A stretch of DNA of 64,000 nucleotides. Origin: the human T2T-CHM13v2.0 reference genome, Homo sapiens. The position numbers and the translations under genes were made by a program. Positions 1-9,100 of the stretch are shown here, in pieces. Position 1 is the first letter of the stretch, and each line of letters begins with the position of its first letter. Below the pieces are notes generated by a model. The model was not told the origin of the DNA and searched no databases. It saw only the letters and a list, made by a program, of their open reading frames with translations. Location of the stretch: the NCBI RefSeq assembly GCF_009914755.1, contig NC_060928.1; one strand, given 5' to 3'.

Positions 1-163
1 AAAAAGGAAATATCTTCTCATAAAAACCAGAAAGAAGCATTCTCAGAAACTTCTTTGTGTTGTGTGTACTCATGTAACAGTGTTGAACCATCCTTTTGAC
101 AGAGCAGTTTTGAAACACTCTTTTTGTAGAATCTGCAAGTGGATATTTGGATAGCTTTGAGGA

Positions 164-180
164 TTTCGTTGGAAACGGGA
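164..180 (+). promoter_or_regulatory. CENP-B box, intact (M1; repeated in each HOR)
   Basis: TTTCGTTGGAAACGGGA matches NTTCGNNNNANNCGGGN. Confidence 0.95.
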
Positions 181-501
181 TGACATATAATATCTAGAGA
201 GAAGCATACTCAGGAACTTCTTTGTGATGTTTGCATTCAAGTCACAGAATTGAACATTCCCTTTCATAGAGCAGGTTTGAAACACTCTTTCTCTAGTATC
301 TGGAAGTGGGCATTTCAAGCGCTTTCAGGCCTATGGAGAGAAAGGAAATACCTTCAAATAAAAACTAGACAGAAGCATTCTCAGAAACTTATTTGTGATA
401 TGTGTCCTCTACTAACAGAGTTGAACCTTTGTTTTGATACAGCATTTTGGAAACACTCCTTTTGTAGAATCTGCAGGTGGATATTTGGATAACTTTGAAG
501 A

Positions 502-518
502 TTTCGTTGGAAACCGGA
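502..518 (+). promoter_or_regulatory. Degenerate CENP-B box (M3)
   Basis: TTTCGTTGGAAACCGGA: core CGGG changed to CCGG. Confidence 0.85.
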
Positions 519-673
519 ATATCTTCATATAAAATCAAGACAGAAGCATTCTCGGAAACATCTCTGTGATGTTTGCATTCAACTCAGTAGAGTTGAACAC
601 TTCCTTTCATAGAGCAGGTTTGAAACACTCTTTCTGCACTACCTGGAAGCGGACATTTCGAGCGCTTTGAGGC

Positions 674-690
674 CTATGGTGAAAAAGGAA
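674..690 (+). promoter_or_regulatory. pJalpha (A-box) motif in A-type monomer M4; also exact at 1864, 2376 and 3225 and in each HOR
   Basis: CTATGGTGAAAAAGGAA at the position homologous to the CENP-B box. Confidence 0.8.
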
Positions 691-844
691 ATATCTTCTC
701 ATAAAAACCAGAAAGAAGCATTCTCAGAAACTTCTTTGTGTTGTGTGTACTCAAGTAACAGTGTTGAACCTTCCTTTTGACACAGCAGTTTTGAAACACT
801 CTTTTGGTAGAATCTGCAAGTGGATATTTGGATAGCTTTGAGGA

Positions 845-861
845 TTTCGTTGGAAACGGGT
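845..861 (+). promoter_or_regulatory. CENP-B box, intact (M5)
   Basis: TTTCGTTGGAAACGGGT. Confidence 0.93.
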
Positions 862-1014
862 TATCTTCATATAAAATCCAGACAGGAGCATTCTCAGAAA
901 CTTCTTTGTGCTGCATGTCCTCAATTCACAGAGCTGAACCTTTGTTTGGATACAGCATTTTGGAAACATTCCTTTAGTAGAATCTGCAAGTTGATATTTA
1001 GATAGCTTTGAAGA

Positions 1015-1031
1015 TTTCGTTGGAAACGGGA
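1015..1031 (+). promoter_or_regulatory. CENP-B box, intact (M6)
   Basis: TTTCGTTGGAAACGGGA. Confidence 0.95.
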
Positions 1032-1354
1032 ATATCTTCATAGAAAATCTAGACGGAAGCATTCTCAGAAACTGCTTTGTGATGTTTGCATTCAAGTCAC
1101 AGAGTTGAATATTCCCTTTTATAGAGTAGGTTTGAAACACTCTTTCGGCACTACCTGGAAGTGGATATTTCGAGCTCTTTGAGGCCTATGGTTAAAAGGA
1201 AATATCTTCCCATAAAAACTAGACAGAAGCCGTCTCAGAAACTTGTTTGTGATGTGTGTATTCAACTACCAGAGTTGAACATTTCTGTTACAGAGCAATT
1301 TTAAAACACTCTTTTTGTGGAATCTGAAAGTGGATAATTGGATAGCTTTGTGGA

Positions 1355-1371
1355 TTTCGTTGGAAACGGGA
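1355..1371 (+). promoter_or_regulatory. CENP-B box, intact (M8)
   Basis: TTTCGTTGGAAACGGGA. Confidence 0.95.
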
Positions 1372-1692
1372 TGACGTATAAAATCTAGAGAGAAGCATTC
1401 TCAGGAACTTCTTTCTGATGTTTGCATTCAAGTCACAGAATTGAACATTCCTTTTCATAGTGCAGGTTTGAAACACTCTTTCTGTAGTATCTGGAAGTGG
1501 ACATTTCAAGCGCTTTCAGGCCTACGGGGAGAAAGGAAATATCTTCAAATAAAAACTAGACAGAAGGATTCTCAGAAACTTATTTGTGATGTGTGTCCTA
1601 AACGAACACAGTTGAACCTTTGTTTTGATACAGCATTTTGGAAACACTCCTTTTGTAGGATCTGCAGGTGGATATTTGGATAGATTTTAAGA

Positions 1693-1709
1693 TTTCGTTG
1701 GAAACGGGA
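1693..1709 (+). promoter_or_regulatory. CENP-B box, intact (M10)
   Basis: TTTCGTTGGAAACGGGA. Confidence 0.95.
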
Positions 1710-2034
1710 GTTTCTTCATAGAAACTCAAGACAGATGCATTCTCAGAAACATCTCTGTGATGTTTGCATTCCACTCATAGAGTTGAAAACTTCCTTTCAT
1801 AGAGCAGGTTTGAAACACTCTTTTTGTAATATTTGGAAGTGGACATTTGCAGCGCTTTGAGGCCTATGGTGAAAAAGGAAATATCTTCTCATAAAAACCA
1901 GAAACAAGCATTCTCAGAAACTTCTTTTTGATGTGTGTACTCAAGTAACAGAGTTGAACCTTCCTTTTGACACAGCAGTTTTGAAACAATCTTTTTGTAG
2001 AATCTGCAAGTGGATATTTGGATAGCTTTGAGGA

Positions 2035-2051
2035 TTTCGTTGGAAACGGGA
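2035..2051 (+). promoter_or_regulatory. CENP-B box, intact (M12)
   Basis: TTTCGTTGGAAACGGGA. Confidence 0.95.
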
Positions 2052-2204
2052 TATCTTCATATAAAATCTAGACAGAAGCATTCTCAGAAACTTCTTTGTG
2101 CTGTATGTCCTCAATTAACAGAGTTGAACCATTGCTTGGATACAGCATTTTGGAAACATTCCTTGAGTAGAATCTGCAAGTTGATATTTAGATAGATTTG
2201 AAGA

Positions 2205-2221
2205 TTTCGTTGGAAAAGGGA
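2205..2221 (+). promoter_or_regulatory. Degenerate CENP-B box (M13)
   Basis: TTTCGTTGGAAAAGGGA: core CGGG changed to AGGG. Confidence 0.85.
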
Positions 2222-2546
2222 ATATCTCCATAGAAAATCTAGAGGGAAGCATTCTCAGAAACTGCTTTGTGATGTTTCCATTCAAGTCACAGAGTTGAAT
2301 ATTCCCTTTTATAGAGCACGTTTGAAACACTCTTTCTGCACTATCTGGAAGTGGACATTTCGAGCGCTTTGAGGCCTATGGTGAAAAAGGAAATATCTTC
2401 CCATAAAAACTAGACAGAAGCATTCTCAGAAACTTGTTTGTGATGTGTGTATTCAACTAACAGAGTTGAACTTTTGTTTTTACAGAGCCGTTTTAAAACA
2501 CTCTTTTTGTGGAATCAGAAAGTGGATATTCGGATGGCTCTGAGGA

Positions 2547-2563
2547 TTTCGTTGGAAGCGGGA
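2547..2563 (+). promoter_or_regulatory. CENP-B box, core intact (M15)
   Basis: TTTCGTTGGAAGCGGGA: change at a non-core position; all 9 core bases retained. Confidence 0.9.
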
Positions 2564-2884
2564 TTACATATAAAATCTAGAGAGAAGCATTCTCAGGAAC
2601 TTCTTTGTGATGTTTGCATTGAAGTCACAGAATTGAACATTCACTTTGATAGAGCAGGTTTGAAACACTCATTCTGTAGTATCTGGAAGTGGACATTTCA
2701 AGCGCTTTCAGGCCTATGGTGAGAAAGGAAATATCTTCGAATAAAAACTAGACAGAAGCATCCTCAGAAACTTATTTGTGATGTGTGTCCTCAACTAACA
2801 GAGTTGAAACTTTGTTTTGATACAGCATTTTGGAAACACTCTTTTTGTAGAATCTGCAGGTGGATATTTGGATAGCTTAGAGGG

Positions 2885-2901
2885 ATTCGTTGGAAAGGGG
2901 A
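2885..2901 (+). promoter_or_regulatory. Degenerate CENP-B box (M17)
   Basis: ATTCGTTGGAAAGGGGA: core CGGG changed to GGGG. Confidence 0.85.
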
Positions 2902-3054
2902 TATCTTCATATAAAATCTAGACAGAAGCATTCTCAGAAACTTATTTGTGATGTGTGTCCTCAACTAACAGAGTTGAACCTTGGTTTTGATACAGCATTT
3001 TGGAAACACTCCTTTTGTAGAATCTGCAGGTGGATATGTGGATAGCTCTGAAGA

Positions 3055-3071
3055 TTTCGTTGGAAACGGGA
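3055..3071 (+). promoter_or_regulatory. CENP-B box, intact (M18)
   Basis: TTTCGTTGGAAACGGGA. Confidence 0.95.
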
Positions 3072-3269
3072 ATTTCTTCATATAAAATCAAACAGAAGCA
3101 TTCTCAGAAACTTCTCAGTGATGTTTGCATTCAGCTCATGGAGTTGAACACTTCCTTTCATAGAGCCGGTTTGAAACACTCTTTCTGCACTACCTGGAAG
3201 AGGACATTTCGAGCGCTTTGAGTCCTATGGTGAAAAAGGAAATATCTTCTCATAAAAACCAGAAAGAAG

Positions 3270-5990
3270 CATTCTCAGAAACTTCTTTGTGTTGTGTGTA
3301 CTCATGTAACAGTGTTGAACCATCCTTTTGACAGAGCAGTTTTGAAACACTCTTTTTGTAGAATCTGCAAGTGGATATTTGGATAGCTTTGAGGATTTCG
3401 TTGGAAACGGGATGACATATAATATCTAGAGAGAAGCATACTCAGGAACTTCTTTGTGATGTTTGCATTCAAGTCACAGAATTGAACATTCCCTTTCATA
3501 GAGCAGGTTTGAAACACTCTTTCTCTAGTATCTGGAAGTGGGCATTTCAAGCGCTTTCAGGCCTATGGAGAGAAAGGAAATACCTTCAAATAAAAACTAG
3601 ACAGAAGCATTCTCAGAAACTTATTTGTGATGTGTGTCCTCAACTAACAGAGTTGAACCTTTGTTTTGATACAGCATTTTGGAAACACTCCTTTTGTAGA
3701 ATCTGCAGGTGGATATTTGGATAACTTTGAAGATTTCGTTGGAAACCGGAATATCTTCATATAAAATCAAGACAGAAGCATTCTCGGAAACATCTCTGTG
3801 ATGTTTGCATTCAACTCAGTAGAGTTGAACACTTCCTTTCATAGAGCAGGTTTGAAACACTCTTTCTGCACTACCTGGAAGCGGACATTTCGAGCGCTTT
3901 GAGGCCTATGGTGAAAAAGGAAATATCTTCTCATAAAAACCAGAAAGAAGCATTCTCAGAAACTTCTTTGTGTTGTGTGTACTCAAGTAACAGTGTTGAA
4001 CCTTCCTTTTGACACAGCAGTTTTGAAACACTCTTTTGGTAGAATCTGCAAGTGGATATTTGGATAGCTTTGAGGATTTCGTTGGAAACGGGTTATCTTC
4101 ATATAAAATCCAGACAGGAGCATTCTCAGAAACTTCTTTGTGCTGCATGTCCTCAATTCACAGAGCTGAACCTTTGTTTGGATACAGCATTTTGGAAACA
4201 TTCCTTTAGTAGAATCTGCAAGTTGATATTTAGATAGCTTTGAAGATTTCGTTGGAAACGGGAATATCTTCATAGAAAATCTAGACGGAAGCATTCTCAG
4301 AAACTGCTTTGTGATGTTTGCATTCAAGTCACAGAGTTGAATATTCCCTTTTATAGAGTAGGTTTGAAACACTCTTTCGGCACTACCTGGAAGTGGATAT
4401 TTCGAGCTCTTTGAGGCCTATGGTTAAAAGGAAATATCTTCCCATAAAAACTAGACAGAAGCCGTCTCAGAAACTTGTTTGTGATGTGTGTATTCAACTA
4501 CCAGAGTTGAACATTTCTGTTACAGAGCAATTTTAAAACACTCTTTTTGTGGAATCTGAAAGTGGATAATTGGATAGCTTTGTGGATTTCGTTGGAAACG
4601 GGATGACGTATAAAATCTAGAGAGAAGCATTCTCAGGAACTTCTTTCTGATGTTTGCATTCAAGTCACAGAATTGAACATTCCTTTTCATAGTGCAGGTT
4701 TGAAACACTCTTTCTGTAGTATCTGGAAGTGGACATTTCAAGCGCTTTCAGGCCTACGGGGAGAAAGGAAATATCTTCAAATAAAAACTAGACAGAAGGA
4801 TTCTCAGAAACTTATTTGTGATGTGTGTCCTAAACGAACACAGTTGAACCTTTGTTTTGATACAGCATTTTGGAAACACTCCTTTTGTAGGATCTGCAGG
4901 TGGATATTTGGATAGATTTTAAGATTTCGTTGGAAACGGGAGTTTCTTCATAGAAACTCAAGACAGATGCATTCTCAGAAACATCTCTGTGATGTTTGCA
5001 TTCCACTCATAGAGTTGAAAACTTCCTTTCATAGAGCAGGTTTGAAACACTCTTTTTGTAATATTTGGAAGTGGACATTTGCAGCGCTTTGAGGCCTATG
5101 GTGAAAAAGGAAATATCTTCTCATAAAAACCAGAAACAAGCATTCTCAGAAACTTCTTTTTGATGTGTGTACTCAAGTAACAGAGTTGAACCTTCCTTTT
5201 GACACAGCAGTTTTGAAACAATCTTTTTGTAGAATCTGCAAGTGGATATTTGGATAGCTTTGAGGATTTCGTTGGAAACGGGATATCTTCATATAAAATC
5301 TAGACAGAAGCATTCTCAGAAACTTCTTTGTGCTGTATGTCCTCAATTAACAGAGTTGAACCATTGCTTGGATACAGCATTTTGGAAACATTCCTTGAGT
5401 AGAATCTGCAAGTTGATATTTAGATAGATTTGAAGATTTCGTTGGAAAAGGGAATATCTCCATAGAAAATCTAGAGGGAAGCATTCTCAGAAACTGCTTT
5501 GTGATGTTTCCATTCAAGTCACAGAGTTGAATATTCCCTTTTATAGAGCACGTTTGAAACACTCTTTCTGCACTATCTGGAAGTGGACATTTCGAGCGCT
5601 TTGAGGCCTATGGTGAAAAAGGAAATATCTTCCCATAAAAACTAGACAGAAGCATTCTCAGAAACTTGTTTGTGATGTGTGTATTCAACTAACAGAGTTG
5701 AACTTTTGTTTTTACAGAGCCGTTTTAAAACACTCTTTTTGTGGAATCAGAAAGTGGATATTCGGATGGCTCTGAGGATTTCGTTGGAAGCGGGATTACA
5801 TATAAAATCTAGAGAGAAGCATTCTCAGGAACTTCTTTGTGATGTTTGCATTGAAGTCACAGAATTGAACATTCACTTTGATAGAGCAGGTTTGAAACAC
5901 TCATTCTGTAGTATCTGGAAGTGGACATTTCAAGCGCTTTCAGGCCTATGGTGAGAAAGGAAATATCTTCGAATAAAAACTAGACAGAAG
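3270..5990 (+). repeat. 16-mer structural variant HOR (2721 bp) lacking M17-M19
   Basis: ORF track period is 2721 here (3302 to 6023) instead of 3232. The 511-bp difference equals M17+M18+M19 (170+170+171), and the 'MDMWIALKIS' ORF is missing from this unit. Confidence 0.95.
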
Positions 5991-6157
5991 CATCCTCAGA
6001 AACTTCTTTGTGTTGTGTGTACTCATGTAACAGTGTTGAACCATCCTTTTGACAGAGCAGTTTTGAAACACTCTTTTTGTAGAATCTGCAAGTGGATATT
6101 TGGATAGCTTTGAGGATTTCGTTGGAAACGGGATGACATATAATATCTAGAGAGAAG
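5991..6157 (+). repeat. Hybrid monomer M17/M1 at the 16-mer deletion junction
   Basis: Begins CATCCTCAG (M17-diagnostic C at 5994, preceded by the M16 end CTTCGAATAAAAACTAGACAGAAG), then continues as M1 from 6006 (CTTTGTGTTGTGTGTACTCATG). Confidence 0.92.
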
Positions 6158-9100
6158 CATACTCAGGAACTTCTTTGTGATGTTTGCATTCAAGTCACAG
6201 AATTGAACATTCCCTTTCATAGAGCAGGTTTGAAACACTCTTTCTCTAGTATCTGGAAGTGGGCATTTCAAGCGCTTTCAGGCCTATGGAGAGAAAGGAA
6301 ATACCTTCAAATAAAAACTAGACAGAAGCATTCTCAGAAACTTATTTGTGATGTGTGTCCTCAACTAACAGAGTTGAACCTTTGTTTTGATACAGCATTT
6401 TGGAAACACTCCTTTTGTAGAATCTGCAGGTGGATATTTGGATAACTTTGAAGATTTCGTTGGAAACCGGAATATCTTCATATAAAATCAAGACAGAAGC
6501 ATTCTCGGAAACATCTCTGTGATGTTTGCATTCAACTCAGTAGAGTTGAACACTTCCTTTCATAGAGCCGGTTTGAAACACTCTTTCTGCACTACCTGGA
6601 AGCGGACATTTCGAGCGCTTTGAGGCCTATGGTGAAAAAGGAAATATCTTCTCATAAAAACCAGAAAGAAGCATTCTCAGAAACTTCTTTGTGTTGTGTG
6701 TACTCAAGTAACAGTGTTGAACCTTCCTTTTGACACAGCAGTTTTGAAACACTCTTTTGGTAGAATCTGCAAGTGGATATTTGGATAGCTTTGAGGATTT
6801 CGTTGGAAACGGGTTATCTTCATATAAAATCCAGACAGGAGCATTCTCAGAAACTTCTTTGTGCTGCATGTCCTCAATTCACAGAGCTGAACCTTTGTTT
6901 GGATACAGCATTTTGGAAACATTCCTTTAGTAGAATCTGCAAGTTGATATTTAGATAGCTTTGAAGATTTCGTTGGAAACGGGAATATCTTCATAGAAAA
7001 TCTAGACGGAAGCATTCTCAGAAACTGCTTTGTGATGTTTGCATTCAAGTCACAGAGTTGAATATTCCCTTTTATAGAGTAGGTTTGAAACACTCTTTCG
7101 GCACTACCTGGAAGTGGATATTTCGAGCTCTTTGAGGCCTATGGTTAAAAGGAAATATCTTCCCATAAAAACTAGACAGAAGCCGTCTCAGAAACTTGTT
7201 TGTGATGTGTGTATTCAACTACCAGAGTTGAACATTTCTGTTACAGAGCAATTTTAAAACACTCTTTTTGTGGAATCTGAAAGTGGATAATTGGATAGCT
7301 TTGTGGATTTCGTTGGAAACGGGATGACGTATAAAATCTAGAGAGAAGCATTCTCAGGAACTTCTTTCTGATGTTTGCATTCAAGTCACAGAATTGAACA
7401 TTCCTTTTCATAGTGCAGGTTTGAAACACTCTTTCTGTAGTATCTGGAAGTGGACATTTCAAGCGCTTTCAGGCCTACGGGGAGAAAGGAAATATCTTCA
7501 AATAAAAACTAGACAGAAGGATTCTCAGAAACTTATTTGTGATGTGTGTCCTAAACGAACACAGTTGAACCTTTGTTTTGATACAGCATTTTGGAAACAC
7601 TCCTTTTGTAGGATCTGCAGGTGGATATTTGGATAGATTTTAAGATTTCGTTGGAAACGGGAGTTTCTTCATAGAAACTCAAGACAGATGCATTCTCAGA
7701 AACATCTCTGTGATGTTTGCATTCCACTCATAGAGTTGAAAACTTCCTTTCATAGAGCAGGTTTGAAACACTCTTTTTGTAATATTTGGAAGTGGACATT
7801 TGCAGCGCTTTGAGGCCTATGGTGAAAAAGGAAATATCTTCTCATAAAAACCAGAAACAAGCATTCTCAGAAACTTCTTTTTGATGTGTGTACTCAAGTA
7901 ACAGAGTTGAACCTTCCTTTTGACACAGCAGTTTTGAAACAATCTTTTTGTAGAATCTGCAAGTGGATATTTGGATAGCTTTGAGGATTTCGTTGGAAAC
8001 GGGATATCTTCATATAAAATCTAGACAGAAGCATTCTCAGAAACTTCTTTGTGCTGTATGTCCTCAATTAACAGAGTTGAACCATTGCTTGGATACAGCA
8101 TTTTGGAAACATTCCTTGAGTAGAATCTGCAAGTTGATATTTAGATAGATTTGAAGATTTCGTTGGAAAAGGGAATATCTCCATAGAAAATCTAGAGGGA
8201 AGCATTCTCAGAAACTGCTTTGTGATGTTTCCATTCAAGTCACAGAGTTGAATATTCCCTTTTATAGAGCACGTTTGAAACACTCTTTCTGCACTATCTG
8301 GAAGTGGACATTTCGAGCGCTTTGAGGCCTATGGTGAAAAAGGAAATATCTTCCCATAAAAACTAGACAGAAGCATTCTCAGAAACTTGTTTGTGATGTG
8401 TGTATTCAACTAACAGAGTTGAACTTTTGTTTTTACAGAGCCGTTTTAAAACACTCTTTTTGTGGAATCAGAAAGTGGATATTCGGATGGCTCTGAGGAT
8501 TTCGTTGGAAGCGGGATTACATATAAAATCTAGAGAGAAGCATTCTCAGGAACTTCTTTGTGATGTTTGCATTGAAGTCACAGAATTGAACATTCACTTT
8601 GATAGAGCAGGTTTGAAACACTCATTCTGTAGTATCTGGAAGTGGACATTTCAAGCGCTTTCAGGCCTATGGTGAGAAAGGAAATATCTTCGAATAAAAA
8701 CTAGACAGAAGCATCCTCAGAAACTTATTTGTGATGTGTGTCCTCAACTAACAGAGTTGAAACTTTGTTTTGATACAGCATTTTGGAAACACTCTTTTTG
8801 TAGAATCTGCAGGTGGATATTTGGATAGCTTAGAGGGATTCGTTGGAAAGGGGATATCTTCATATAAAATCTAGACAGAAGCATTCTCAGAAACTTATTT
8901 GTGATGTGTGTCCTCAACTAACAGAGTTGAACCTTGGTTTTGATACAGCATTTTGGAAACACTCCTTTTGTAGAATCTGCAGGTGGATATGTGGATAGCT
9001 CTGAAGATTTCGTTGGAAACGGGAATTTCTTCATATAAAATCAAACAGAAGCATTCTCAGAAACTTCTCAGTGATGTTTGCATTCAGCTCATGGAGTTGA

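Larger units (their letters stand above)
38..3269 (+). repeat. Canonical 19-mer HOR unit (3232 bp), copy 1
   Basis: Monomer starts at 38, 205, 376, 547, 719, 889, 1060, 1230, 1396, 1567, 1738, 1909, 2079, 2250, 2421, 2588, 2759, 2929 and 3099; the next unit starts at 3270. Type order is B A B A B B A B A B A B B A B A B B A. Confidence 0.95.

Noticed and set aside
310-335. Short palindromes (AGCGCT, AGGCCT, TCTAGA; GAGCTC at 1172) as possible terminators or operators
   Set aside because: They are ordinary 6-bp restriction-site palindromes of the alphoid consensus, with no stem-loop plus U-tract. Any non-B-DNA role cannot be supported from sequence alone.
865-880. TATA-like TATAAAA motifs after CENP-B boxes as promoters
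   Set aside because: These are a standard part of B-type monomer tails in AT-rich satellite. Centromeric transcription exists, but no start site can be inferred here.
751-1140. Longest ORF (129 aa, minus strand), Cys/Lys-rich, superficially zinc-finger-like
   Set aside because: It spans just over two satellite monomers with internal ~57-aa periodicity. The Cys residues come from TGT/TGC-rich satellite sequence and lack zinc-finger spacing.
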